Positions 20,572-29,434 of a stretch of 64,000 nucleotides of DNA are shown here, one piece after another (the stretch's first letter is position 1; every line of letters begins with the position of its first letter). Below the pieces are notes generated by a model. The model had not been told where the DNA came from. It ran no database searches and worked only from the letters and a program-made list of their open reading frames with translations. Where the stretch lies: positions 506,202 to 570,201 of the forward strand of contig JANBVK010000001.1 of NCBI GenBank assembly GCA_024239035.1, given 5' to 3'. Both the position numbers and the translations under genes were made by a program. The stretch is from Patescibacteria group bacterium (GTDB lineage: Bacteria; Patescibacteriota; Minisyncoccia; UBA6257; GWB1-50-10).

Positions 20572-22650
20572 ATGACTTACAACTTAAAGTTTTTAATTAG
20601 GCACTTTAGATTAATTCTCTCCGTTGCCGTTTTGGTCGCGGGGATTATTTTATCTTATGTTGTATTTGCCCAAGATTTAGGTTCCGGCGAACCGACCGAT
20701 GAAGAACTCCGAGTTGCCGGCATTACGTTTCCTATTGCCGAGTTGGGTAATTGTGCGAGCAAAAGCGAATGCCACGATTACTGTAATGACACTGCGAACA
20801 TGGGTGTCTGCATTTCTTTTGCAAAAGCGCATGGCCTTATGAATGAGACAGAGGCAGCTCATGCAGAACAATTTAGAGGGCGGATGGAGTCCGAAGGTGG
20901 GCCTGGCGGATGTCGAAGTCCGGTGGATTGTGAGGCGTACTGCAGTAATATCACTCACATAGAGGAATGTATTGCCTTTGCTGATGAGCAAGGCTTTGAT
21001 GAACCTGAAATTAAGGAAGCGAGAAAGATCGCAGCTTACTTAAGAGCGGGTGGAGAGATGCCTGGCGGTTGTACCTCTGAAGCATCTTGTATGGAGTACT
21101 GTGGTGACTTCAGTCACGCTAGGGAATGTTTTGAGTTTGCGACACGTGCCGGCCTTGCACAAGAGGATGAATTCGGAGATGAAGATGATATACCTTCGCC
21201 AGAACAGTTCCAAAAGCTTATAGAATTAACAGAGCGAGGTGAGACGCCTGGAGGGTGTCAAGGAAGACTCGAATGTGAGTCGTATTGCCGAGACTCCGCG
21301 CACTTTGAGGAATGTATCGCTTTTGGTGAGAAGATGGGTTTTATTGGTCCTGAGGAGGCAGCGATGGCACGGAGGACCGGGGGAGTCGGTCCTGGTGGGT
21401 GTAACTCTCATGAGTCCTGCACGGCGTACTGTAATAATCCCGCGAATCAGGAAAGTTGTTTCAAATTTGCCGAGGATCATGGACTTATTCCCGAAGATGA
21501 GCTAAGACATGCGCGCGAAGGATTTGTAAGCTTGCGTCAGGGGCTTGAGCAAGCACCGCCAGAGGTACACGCCTGTCTGAGGTCAGTCTTAGGTCCAAAC
21601 ATTATTGAGGACATTCAGGCGCAAAGACTTACACCAGGTCCTGAGATTGGTGAGCGAGTTCGTGGCTGCTTTGAAGATTTTGGTCATCGGAATGACCCGC
21701 GCGAGGCATTCGGAGACGCGCCACCAGAGGTGATTGCTTGTCTTCAAGATAAGCTGGGGGTTAATACTTTCAGTGGTATACGTAGCGGTGAAATATTTCC
21801 GACTCCTGAGATGGGGGACGTGTTCCGCGTGTGTTTCGAGAGCGTGCGGTTTGAAGAGAAGGGATTCTTTAGTGGGTCCGATGGCCCGGGGGAGTTTGGT
21901 GGCCCCCCGCCGCAGGAAATTCGGAATTTTATAAGAAGTGCCCCACCTGAGGTTAAGGTTTGTTTGAGAGAAAAACTAGGAGGAGATCTTGAAAGATTGG
22001 GGAGCGGAGACGCGTCATTTCCTCCCGAGTTTGGGGAGTATATGCGTGGTTGCTTCGAGTCATTCGGCCCACCAGAACACGAAGGGGATGAAAGTTTCCG
22101 CCCACCCGGGTTTCAACCCGGAGTCCCTCCCTCCGATGTTTTTGAACCGCGTGTCGCGCCGCTAGATTTTAGTAATTTACCTCCGGAAGTAATTGAGTGT
22201 GTCAAATCAACGGTAGGGGTGAATCTTTTAGATACTGTGCGGGGGGAAGAACTTACTCCTGATATAGGGGAACGTGTTAAGTTATGTTTTGAGAAGCTGC
22301 AGTCAAATATTGCTCCGTTCCCGCGACCTGGTGATAGTGTAGTTTGCATTCAAGTAATTACTCCGGCCCACGATCCTGCAACAGGAGTTTGTAAGAAATT
22401 TTCCACCCCCTGTGATGTACCATCCGGTTGGCTCAGTGGTTGCCCGGTAAAGAGCGATTTATCATTACCTCCGACAACAGTAGTAGAACCTACTCCGGAA
22501 CCGACTACGATTCAGTTTGATCCGGTTGAGGAATGTACTAAATCCGGCGGCACTTTTATACTAGAGGACGGGTCGTGTGTATTATCATCTACAGAAACGG
22601 GGGGAGGAAGCCTTTTAGACGCAACAAAGAGATTTCTTTTCGGACGATGA
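20572..22650 (+). CDS. Secreted/anchored Cys-rich modular protein (5 C-x5-C-x3-C-x9,10-C modules plus 4 PPEV..C...CFE modules plus a C-terminal Cys-rich region)
   Basis: N-terminal signal/anchor, then internal tandem repeats visible in the translation. No known family recognised. Confidence 0.6.
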   Translation: MTYNLKFLIRHFRLILSVAVLVAGIILSYVVFAQDLGSGEPTDEELRVAGITFPIAELGNCASKSECHDYCNDTANMGVCISFAKAHGLMNETEAAHAEQFRGRMESEGGPGGCRSPVDCEAYCSNITHIEECIAFADEQGFDEPEIKEARKIAAYLRAGGEMPGGCTSEASCMEYCGDFSHARECFEFATRAGLAQEDEFGDEDDIPSPEQFQKLIELTERGETPGGCQGRLECESYCRDSAHFEECIAFGEKMGFIGPEEAAMARRTGGVGPGGCNSHESCTAYCNNPANQESCFKFAEDHGLIPEDELRHAREGFVSLRQGLEQAPPEVHACLRSVLGPNIIEDIQAQRLTPGPEIGERVRGCFEDFGHRNDPREAFGDAPPEVIACLQDKLGVNTFSGIRSGEIFPTPEMGDVFRVCFESVRFEEKGFFSGSDGPGEFGGPPPQEIRNFIRSAPPEVKVCLREKLGGDLERLGSGDASFPPEFGEYMRGCFESFGPPEHEGDESFRPPGFQPGVPPSDVFEPRVAPLDFSNLPPEVIECVKSTVGVNLLDTVRGEELTPDIGERVKLCFEKLQSNIAPFPRPGDSVVCIQVITPAHDPATGVCKKFSTPCDVPSGWLSGCPVKSDLSLPPTTVVEPTPEPTTIQFDPVEECTKSGGTFILEDGSCVLSSTETGGGSLLDATKRFLFGR

Positions 22651-22683
22651 TACAGGAGTTTAGAATTTTGGATTCAAAACTAA

Positions 22684-22709
22684 AAAACCGCCAACGAGGC
22701 GGTTTTTTA
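22684..22709 (+). terminator. Rho-independent terminator (AAAAAACCGCC-aacga-GGCGGTTTTTT), bidirectional
   Basis: A-run, GC stem and T-run. Lies between the Cys-rich gene and the convergent tRNA. Confidence 0.75.
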
Positions 22710-22714
22710 TTATG

Positions 22715-22786
22715 TGCCCCCGCCAGGATTCGAACCCGGAATTCAACGTCCGAAGCGTCGCGTGATATCCGTTTCACTACGGGGAC
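22715..22786 (-). tRNA. tRNA-Arg (TCG), tentative isotype
   Basis: Reverse complement GTCCCCG-TA-GTGA...TCAC-G-CGACG-CTTCGGA-CGTTG-AATT-CCGGG-TTCGAAT-CCTGG-CGGGGGC-A. Loop read gives anticodon TCG. Confidence 0.65.
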
Positions 22787-22866
22787 TTGTAATGCTTTAC
22801 CGTTGAGCGTGTATATGAGTTGATTCTCTCTCACTCACCGTAATTTAATATTAGCAAAATCTCAAG

Positions 22867-24384
22867 TTGGGTATTAAAATTAAGTTAGTGAGATTTACTA
22901 TTCCAAAGGAAATTAAAGATATTGCCGACGTCCTTGAAAAGGCCGGTTACCGGGCATATTTAGTTGGTGGCTCTGTACGTGACCTGCTGCTTAGCCGTGA
23001 ACCAAAAGATTGGGATATTGCGACCGATGCCAAGCCCGATGAGGTTCAGAAATTATTTTTCACATTCGCTAAAGCTACGGCGGACAAGCCCGCCACAATT
23101 TACGAAAATCAATTCGGCACGGTCGGGGTAAAAACCAGTTCAGAGGATGAGCGGCTAAAAGTGGTGGAGATAACCACATTTCGCATTGAAGGCAAATATA
23201 CTGATAAGCGCCATCCCGACGAGATTAAATTTGCAGAAACTATTGAAGAGGATTTAAGCCGCCGCGACTTCACCGTAAATGCACTTGCCCTGAGCTTTGT
23301 TGAAGGGATTGCGGGGGAGATTATTGATCCTCACGGCGGCCAGAAAGATTTAAAAGAAAAAATCATCCGGACTGTCGGTAACCCTCGAGAGAGATTTAGT
23401 GAAGATGCTCTCAGGCTTATGCGGGTGGTGCGGCTTGCGGCAGAGCTTGGATTTAAAGTAGATAAAGAGACTGCAAAAGCCATTCAAGACGAAGCCGGTT
23501 TATTGGAAATGATTGCTAAAGAGCGGATTCGTGAAGAATTAGTGAAGATTATTATGACTCTCCGTGCTGCTACCGGAATTGTTATGTTGGAAGACTACAA
23601 ACTTCTCCGCTACATTATGCCCGAGCTCCGAGAAGGTATCGGTTGTGGTCAGAACAAGCATCACATCTATACTGTTTTTGATCACAACGTGCGGGCCCTA
23701 AACTACACCGCCGAGAAAAAGTACCCGTTTCACATTCGGTTGGCGGCGCTTCTTCACGACGTGGGAAAACCAAGGACGAAACGCGGTGAAGGGCCGAATT
23801 CCACCTTTTATAATCACGAAGTAGTTGGTGCTAAACTTACTATTAAGATATTAGACAGGCTTCATTTTTCAAAAGATATAGTGGAGAAAGTTGCCCATTT
23901 GGTTCGCTCACATCTTTTTTATTACAATGTAGGCGAGGTGACTGAGGGGGGCGTCCGGCGATTTTTGCGCCGGGTGGGCCCGGAAAACGTCGATGACTTA
24001 ATAAAAGTGCGTGAGGCCGACCGGATTGGCTCTGGTGTTCCTAAAGCGGTCCCTTACAAAATTCGCCATCTTCTCTTTATGGTTGAGAAAGTAAAAAATG
24101 ATCCGATAAGTCCGAAGATGTTAAAAGTTGATGGTGGGGATGTGATGAGAGTTTTAGGAATCAAACCAGGACCAGAGATAGGACAGATTTTATCCATTCT
24201 TCTTGAAGAGATTCTTGACGACCCATCTAAAAACACGAGTGAGCATTTAGAGTTACGGTTGAGCGAACTTGGGAAACTAAAGGAGGACAAGCTTAGTGAA
24301 CTCTCCCGCAGAGCGCAAGAGAGAAAAGAAGAATTCGAGAGCGGGGTTGAGAGAGAGATAAAGAAGAAATACTATGTGAAATAA
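22867..24384 (+). CDS. cca: CCA-adding tRNA nucleotidyltransferase (PolyA_pol head plus HD domain)
   Basis: GGSVRDLLL...DWDIAT nucleotidyltransferase motif and HD motif LLHDVGK. Most tRNAs in the window lack an encoded CCA. The start may be a downstream GTG. Confidence 0.8.
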   Translation: MGIKIKLVRFTIPKEIKDIADVLEKAGYRAYLVGGSVRDLLLSREPKDWDIATDAKPDEVQKLFFTFAKATADKPATIYENQFGTVGVKTSSEDERLKVVEITTFRIEGKYTDKRHPDEIKFAETIEEDLSRRDFTVNALALSFVEGIAGEIIDPHGGQKDLKEKIIRTVGNPRERFSEDALRLMRVVRLAAELGFKVDKETAKAIQDEAGLLEMIAKERIREELVKIIMTLRAATGIVMLEDYKLLRYIMPELREGIGCGQNKHHIYTVFDHNVRALNYTAEKKYPFHIRLAALLHDVGKPRTKRGEGPNSTFYNHEVVGAKLTIKILDRLHFSKDIVEKVAHLVRSHLFYYNVGEVTEGGVRRFLRRVGPENVDDLIKVREADRIGSGVPKAVPYKIRHLLFMVEKVKNDPISPKMLKVDGGDVMRVLGIKPGPEIGQILSILLEEILDDPSKNTSEHLELRLSELGKLKEDKLSELSRRAQERKEEFESGVEREIKKKYYVK

Positions 24385-24389
24385 TCCGG

Positions 24390-24460
24390 CGGGGCATAGT
24401 ATAGTGGTAGTACGCAGGCTTCGGGAGTCTGTAGTCTGGGTTCGATTCCCAGTGCCCCGA
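24390..24460 (+). tRNA. tRNA-Pro (CGG)
   Basis: CGGGGCA-TA-GTAT...GTAC-G-CAGGC-TTCGGGA-GTCTG-TAGT-CTGGG-TTCGATT-CCCAG-TGCCCCG-A. Confidence 0.8.
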
Positions 24461-24545
24461 CAAAAAAAGTTATCGGTATCGTAGTTTAGCTTTTCTTCTC
24501 CTCTTTTTTCTGTGTTTTTTCTTTGCTAGTTTTGATTTTTTATTC

Positions 24546-24670
24546 ATCCCGTTAGAAACAGGATGTGCTTGAAAAGCGCATCCGTGATATGCTGTCTAAC
24601 TCAACCCTTAATACATCTCTTAATGATTTGGCAGATGTAAGGTTTATAGTCTGATTGTTTCTAACGGGAT
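24546..24670. repeat. MITE-like element with perfect 15-bp terminal inverted repeats ATCCCGTTAGAAACA / TGTTTCTAACGGGAT and about 95 bp internal sequence
   Basis: The inverted repeat is seen directly. Its core matches the inverted repeats at 34537-34631 and 484-516. An internal GGATGTGC...GCGCATCC hairpin is present. Confidence 0.55.
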
Positions 24671-24689
24671 TCATAGGTATCTAAATTAT

Positions 24690-25349
24690 ATGGAAAAGGT
24701 GTCTTTAAAAACAAGTGACGGAGTAGAAATTATCGGAGATTACTATACCGGGTTAGGTAGTAGAGGCGTATTACTTCTGCATATGATGCCCACAACGCGC
24801 GTTTCGTGGCGGGGTTTTGCGCCAAAACTTGTCGAGCACGGTTACCACGCACTAGCCATTGATCTTCGTGGCCATGGCGAGTCTGCCAACGGACCGGAAA
24901 ATTATAAAAGTTTCTCTGACAAAGAACATCAAGCGAGCATTCACGACGTTGAATCCGGCGTACAGTTTTTAAAAGAAAAAGGAACCGTAGATGGGGAACT
25001 TGTGATAGTAGGTGCGTCTATCGGTGCAAATCTTGCATTATGGTATGCGTCGGATCATACAGAAATAAAACAGATTGTTTTACTCTCGCCGGGTCTGAAT
25101 TACAAAGGCATAGAAACCAAGCCGCTTATCAGGCGGCTGGAAGTCGGTCAAGGGGTGTTTTTTGCCTCTTCCGAAGACGACGAGCGCTCCAACGGAATAA
25201 ACGCTGACATGAATCGTGAACTTCATAAACTGATTCCTCAAGGAGTAGAGAAAAAACTTGTTATTTACCAAGCTGTTGGTCACGGCACGGATATGTTCGG
25301 TAAGGAGAAACCAGATCTTGAATCGGAGATTCTTGAATGGATAAAGTAA
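24690..25349 (+). CDS. Alpha/beta hydrolase (dienelactone-hydrolase-like)
   Basis: Nucleophile elbow VGASIGANL, HG...HG pattern, 219 aa. Confidence 0.6.
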   Translation: MEKVSLKTSDGVEIIGDYYTGLGSRGVLLLHMMPTTRVSWRGFAPKLVEHGYHALAIDLRGHGESANGPENYKSFSDKEHQASIHDVESGVQFLKEKGTVDGELVIVGASIGANLALWYASDHTEIKQIVLLSPGLNYKGIETKPLIRRLEVGQGVFFASSEDDERSNGINADMNRELHKLIPQGVEKKLVIYQAVGHGTDMFGKEKPDLESEILEWIK

Positions 25350-25350
25350 T

Positions 25351-26043
25351 ATGGATCAAGAAAAAGTAACTCAGAGTTTTGAAGAGAAACGTCCAGTACT
25401 CCGCGTTATACACAGTACCGTTGCTCTTTTTGTTATCGCAGGGCTAATTTATATTTCGGGGATCCAACAATATTTTTTTTACCAAAAGACCCCCGCCGCC
25501 TTAGAGCAGGTAGTTGTTGATAGCGTAGTTGACGCTGATATTCTCACCGTTCCCCTTACGGTATTTATTCTTATAAATAATGAATCAGACGGGTCCAAGC
25601 GGAGCAACGAGAACACAAAGCATCTTATAGAAAACGCCTCCCGCGTATGGAGTCAAGCGAGTATTGTGCTTGAGATAAAAAATTTGTATCGTATATCAAC
25701 AAGCGATGAAGAACTGGAAAATTTCTATCACACCCCCGGAGTATTTATTAGAAACGTTAGAGAATTTGATGAGACAACCATAAACGTATTCTTAGTGGGC
25801 CGCCTGAGAGGAATAAATGGCATTGCTTTTAGCGGGTTACAGAGCGTCGCGGTGGCAGATATCACAACCGTTTATGACTTCCGGGCGTTAGCTCACGAGA
25901 TCGGTCATATCTTGGATTTAAACCACGTGCCGGCAGTAAGAGAACGGCTTATGTTCCAGGGCGCAAATGGTTTTCTGCTCTCGCTTGGGGAAATTATACA
26001 AGCTCGCGAATCAACCGAAGAACTTTTTATACGGAAATTCTAA
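25351..26043 (+). CDS. Membrane-anchored metzincin-like zinc metalloprotease
   Basis: N-terminal TM helix and the motif HEIGHILDLNH (HExxHxxxxxH). Confidence 0.45.
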   Translation: MDQEKVTQSFEEKRPVLRVIHSTVALFVIAGLIYISGIQQYFFYQKTPAALEQVVVDSVVDADILTVPLTVFILINNESDGSKRSNENTKHLIENASRVWSQASIVLEIKNLYRISTSDEELENFYHTPGVFIRNVREFDETTINVFLVGRLRGINGIAFSGLQSVAVADITTVYDFRALAHEIGHILDLNHVPAVRERLMFQGANGFLLSLGEIIQARESTEELFIRKF

Positions 26044-26049
26044 CAATAT

Positions 26050-26604
26050 ATGAATATTACAAGAGAAGACGCTTGGGAACTGCTAAATGAATACGTAAAA
26101 TCAGAAAGTTTAATAAGGCACTGCTTGTCAGTGGAGGCGGCAATGAAAGCATACGCTAAAAAGTACAATGGAGATGTTGAGAAATGGGGTATTGCCGGAT
26201 TGCTTCATGATTTTGATTACGAGAAATTTCCCTCGTTAGAAAAGCATCCGTTTGAGGGCTCTAAGATTTTAAAAGAAAAAGAATATCCAGAAGACATTAT
26301 TCGGGCTATTTTAGGACATGGGAACCATACCGGAGTAGAGCGGGAAAGCCAGATGGCAAAGTGCCTCTTTGCGGTAGATGAACTCTGTGGTTTTATTGTT
26401 GCTCTTGCTCATATCCGGCCGGGGCACCTTGAGGGTATGGCTGCTAAATCCGTCAAGAAAAACCTGAAGAAAAAAGGTTTTGCTGCCGCAATAAGTAGGG
26501 AGGAGATTGAGCAGGGAATTTCAGAGTTGGGGATTGACAGAGAGAGCCATATTAATTTAGTTATTCAAGCCTTACAAGACATATCTAAGGAGCTCGGGTT
26601 TTAA
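26050..26604 (+). CDS. HD-domain phosphohydrolase
   Basis: H...HD pattern (GLLHDFDYEKF, ILGHGNHTG). 184 aa. Confidence 0.55.
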   Translation: MNITREDAWELLNEYVKSESLIRHCLSVEAAMKAYAKKYNGDVEKWGIAGLLHDFDYEKFPSLEKHPFEGSKILKEKEYPEDIIRAILGHGNHTGVERESQMAKCLFAVDELCGFIVALAHIRPGHLEGMAAKSVKKNLKKKGFAAAISREEIEQGISELGIDRESHINLVIQALQDISKELGF

Positions 26605-26644
26605 TTAACTTTTAACGCAGGGATAGTGTATTATAATATGCTAT

Positions 26645-27208
26645 ATGGAGAGACTGAACGTTTTGGCTCTTTCGGGAAGTTTACGTACCGATTCGTACAA
26701 TAGAAAAGCACTGCAGATCGCGAAGCGTTTTGCAAGCGAGTGGGGAGCAAATGTTACTGAGGTTGATTTGCGTGAACTAGACCTCCCAATCTACGACGGC
26801 GATATCGAAGCAAAAGGATTTCCCGAATCAGTTTTAAAAATTAAATCAGCAGTTGAGGCAGTAGAGGTGCTTCTTATTGCATCTCCAGAGTACAACCATT
26901 CAATCTCTGGAGCGCTGAAAAATGCAATTGATTGGCTGTCAAGAGGCGATAATTCATTAAACGGTAAAATTGCTGCGGTCTTTGGGGCATCTGCCGGGGG
27001 ATTCGGCACGGTTCGGGCGCAACCCCATCTCCGCCAAATACTTGAGGCATTAAACGTTCTGATTCTACCGCAGCCGCAATTATTTATTAAAACAGCTCAC
27101 GAGGCGTTTGACTCCGATGGTTCTTTAAAGGACAAGAAAACGGAGGAGCGGTTGAAAAAACTAGTACATCAAACGCTTGAGATCGCTAGTAAGCTTGCTC
27201 AAAAATAA
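26645..27208 (+). CDS. NAD(P)H-dependent FMN reductase
   Basis: N-terminus LNVLALSGSLRTDSYNRKAL is the typical flavodoxin-like FMN reductase start. 187 aa. Confidence 0.7.
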   Translation: MERLNVLALSGSLRTDSYNRKALQIAKRFASEWGANVTEVDLRELDLPIYDGDIEAKGFPESVLKIKSAVEAVEVLLIASPEYNHSISGALKNAIDWLSRGDNSLNGKIAAVFGASAGGFGTVRAQPHLRQILEALNVLILPQPQLFIKTAHEAFDSDGSLKDKKTEERLKKLVHQTLEIASKLAQK

Positions 27209-27210
27209 TC

Positions 27211-27432
27211 ATGGAACAAATTTTAACGGATAATCAGCTTATCATCACTCTTATAATTCTCTGGACCTTGCCGTGGAAAGGAGTATCGCTCTGGAAGGCA
27301 GCCCAACTTAAAGACAAATGGTGGTTTATCGCACTTTTAGTTATTAATACGCTTGCAGTTTTGGAAATTCTATACATCTTTGTGTTTAGTAAAAGAAAAA
27401 AGCGTCTCCAAGATTCTTTTCAGAGATCTTAA
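27211..27432 (+). CDS. Small two-TM membrane protein
   Basis: 73 aa with two hydrophobic helices and a basic C-terminus. ORF-level evidence only. Confidence 0.3.
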   Translation: MEQILTDNQLIITLIILWTLPWKGVSLWKAAQLKDKWWFIALLVINTLAVLEILYIFVFSKRKKRLQDSFQRS

Positions 27433-27440
27433 AAAATTAA

Positions 27441-28109
27441 ATGCAGCACGTTTTCGCTGTCTATAAACCTAAAGGCCCTACGTCGCATGATGTTGTTAAC
27501 GAGATTCGAAAGATAACAGGCGTAAGAAGGGTGGGACATGCCGGTACCCTGGACCCGCTTGCCTCCGGCGTGCTTGTAGTTGGAGTAGGGAGAGACGCAA
27601 CACGAACTCTAGGGCGGGTGTTGCAAGAAGAGAAAGAATATATTGCCCGGATAAAACTTGGAGAGGAGAGTGTAACCGATGACGCGGAAGGAGAAAAAAC
27701 GGTTTATAAAGTTTCTGTCCCGCCAACGCGTCATGAGGTGGAAGATGCGACGTCAAAATTTTGTGGCAACATTTTGCAAATGACGCCTATCTACAGCGCG
27801 GCAAAAGTAAGAGGTAAACGCTCTTACAAACACGCGCGGCAGGGCAGACCGCTCTCACCGGGGGCTCGGCAGGTTGAAATAAAAGAAATTGAGATTTTAA
27901 AATATGAGTGGCCGTATCTTACACTCCGCGTAGTGACCGGTTCGGGAGTGTATATTCGTGCTCTTGCTCGCGATATCGGCCGGGAACTCAAAACCGGCGG
28001 TTATCTTTTTGAATTGGAGCGCACGCGTGTAGGAGAATTTACTAAAGACAAGGTAATTCAACTGAGAGATCTAGCTGAATTTTGGAAAACAAAAGAGAAA
28101 GTGCAATGA
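27441..28109 (+). CDS. truB: tRNA pseudouridine(55) synthase
   Basis: VYKPKGPTSHDVVNEIRK...GHAGTLDPLASGVLVVGVG, with the catalytic Asp in the TLDP motif. Confidence 0.9.
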   Translation: MQHVFAVYKPKGPTSHDVVNEIRKITGVRRVGHAGTLDPLASGVLVVGVGRDATRTLGRVLQEEKEYIARIKLGEESVTDDAEGEKTVYKVSVPPTRHEVEDATSKFCGNILQMTPIYSAAKVRGKRSYKHARQGRPLSPGARQVEIKEIEILKYEWPYLTLRVVTGSGVYIRALARDIGRELKTGGYLFELERTRVGEFTKDKVIQLRDLAEFWKTKEKVQ

Positions 28110-28375
28110 AGAAACATTTAAGCATCAAAGTGTTCGGGGACGTGCAGGGAGTTATTTTTCGCGCGTCCGCGGAGCGCCTCGCAAAAAAACTCGGTATCAC
28201 GGGTTTTGCACGGAACGAGCCGGACGAATCGGTCTACATCGAGGCCGAAGGTGAAGAGTTATCGCTTCAGGAGTTTGTAAGGTGGTGCAGACAGGGCCCT
28301 GATTTTTCTAAGGTCAGAAGCATAGAGACTAAGGAAGGCGAACTGAAAAATTTTACCGATTTTCGTATATCTTGA
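28106..28375 (+). CDS. acyP: Acylphosphatase
   Basis: VFGDVQGVIFRASAERLAKKLGITGFARNEPDESVYIEAEG matches the acylphosphatase signatures. The ATG at 28106 overlaps the truB stop. The ORF track starts at an upstream ATG at 28082. Confidence 0.8.
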   Translation: MKKHLSIKVFGDVQGVIFRASAERLAKKLGITGFARNEPDESVYIEAEGEELSLQEFVRWCRQGPDFSKVRSIETKEGELKNFTDFRIS

Positions 28376-28387
28376 TAGACTATAACT

Positions 28388-28603
28388 ATGCCTGATGTAG
28401 CATCTGTTCACGGTAAAAAAGTGGTTTACGAGAAGAACGCCTATGAAGGTATTAAGTATTTGCGGGATGACTTGGATTCTCGGGAAGCAATGGTGTTTTT
28501 TGGGGCTGCGCGCAGAGCCGGATCTGCGCCATTTGAGGATGATGATGACAGGCAATTTACTTTGATATACAAGAATGGTACATATACGTTGGTACGACGT
28601 TAA
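28388..28603 (+). CDS. Hypothetical small protein (71 aa)
   Basis: ORF only. Acidic DDDD stretch. Sits between acyP and tRNA-Ala. Confidence 0.3.
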   Translation: MPDVASVHGKKVVYEKNAYEGIKYLRDDLDSREAMVFFGAARRAGSAPFEDDDDRQFTLIYKNGTYTLVRR

Positions 28604-28664
28604 TTTTGGGGATATAGTAAAGTGGCATTACGCGGCATTTTCACCCCGTTAGACATAAACAAGA

Positions 28665-28735
28665 GGGCCTATGGTCTAGTGGTACGACACCACATTCGCA
28701 TTGTGGAGACGGGAGTTCGATTCTCCCTAGGTCCA
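28665..28735 (+). tRNA. tRNA-Ala (CGC)
   Basis: GGGCCTA with the G3:U70 identity pair, anticodon arm CCACA-TTCGCAT-TGTGG, T-arm GGGAG-TTCGATT-CTCCC. Preceded by a solo CCCCGTTAGACAT motif at 28644-28656. Confidence 0.8.
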
Positions 28736-28740
28736 CAAAC

Positions 28741-28778
28741 AAAATCAACTCACTTTTATGGTGAGTTGATTTTGTTTT
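28741..28778 (+). terminator. Rho-independent terminator (AAAATCAACTCAC-tttta-TGGTGAGTTGATTTT-GTTTT)
   Basis: Long stem and T-runs directly after the tRNA. Confidence 0.7.
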
Positions 28779-28832
28779 ATGATTAAGGAGAATCGAACAG
28801 GCAAAATATTTATTAAGTATCATAATAAAAAT

Positions 28833-29396
28833 ATGACTAAAAAATATTTAATAATAGGTGTTGTCATTATTATAGTTGGAGTAATCGGCTACGTTGTTTT
28901 TGTGCTCGTTAGTTCTAGTGAGTTAAACGAACTATCACCAATTGAGAGTAGCTCCTTAATCGCCGTTAATGACTCTTTTGACACTATGACCTCCGACGAG
29001 ATGGCAGAATTTAATAAGGCGGTAGACGCTATGAAAGATGACATTATGATCAAAGACGAAGACATGCCTTCTGCTCCGACTGCTCCGAGTGTCACTGCTC
29101 AGGGAGAATTTAGACGACGAGCTCATAGTGTGGAAGGAAAAGCTTTAATCATCGAACATGACGGTGAGCGCGTGCTGCGATTTGAAGATTTTGAAACAAG
29201 TAATGGCCCCAATTTACATATCTATCTTTCGTCAGGACTTGGCATTGGTGATTCAATTGATCTAGGGAAAATCCGCGCCACAAAAGGAAATGTGAACTAC
29301 CCGATTGACCCCGGTATAGATACTAAAAAGTACAATAAGGTTTTAGTGTGGTGCGTACCTTTCCGCGTACTCTTCAGTTATGCGGAATTACAATAA
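28833..29396 (+). CDS. Membrane-anchored DM13-domain protein
   Basis: TM helix after MTKKYL. C-terminal ...GERVLRFEDFETSNGPNLHIYL...KGNVNYPI...VWCVPFRVLFSYAEL matches the DM13 pattern. The ORF track starts at an upstream in-frame ATG at 28779. Confidence 0.5.
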   Translation: MTKKYLIIGVVIIIVGVIGYVVFVLVSSSELNELSPIESSSLIAVNDSFDTMTSDEMAEFNKAVDAMKDDIMIKDEDMPSAPTAPSVTAQGEFRRRAHSVEGKALIIEHDGERVLRFEDFETSNGPNLHIYLSSGLGIGDSIDLGKIRATKGNVNYPIDPGIDTKKYNKVLVWCVPFRVLFSYAELQ

Positions 29397-29401
29397 CCCC
29401 C

Positions 29402-29434
29402 AAACGGCTCAACGATGAGTGCCGTTGAGCCGTT
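29402..29434. repeat. Hairpin AACGGCTCAACG-N8-CGTTGAGCCGTT, also a likely terminator, copy 1
   Basis: Perfect 12-bp stem. An identical stem recurs at 32518-32550. Confidence 0.6.

Noticed and set aside
28641-28823. 60-aa minus-strand ORF
   Set aside because: It lies entirely across tRNA-Ala (28665-28735) and its terminator hairpin, so it is spurious.
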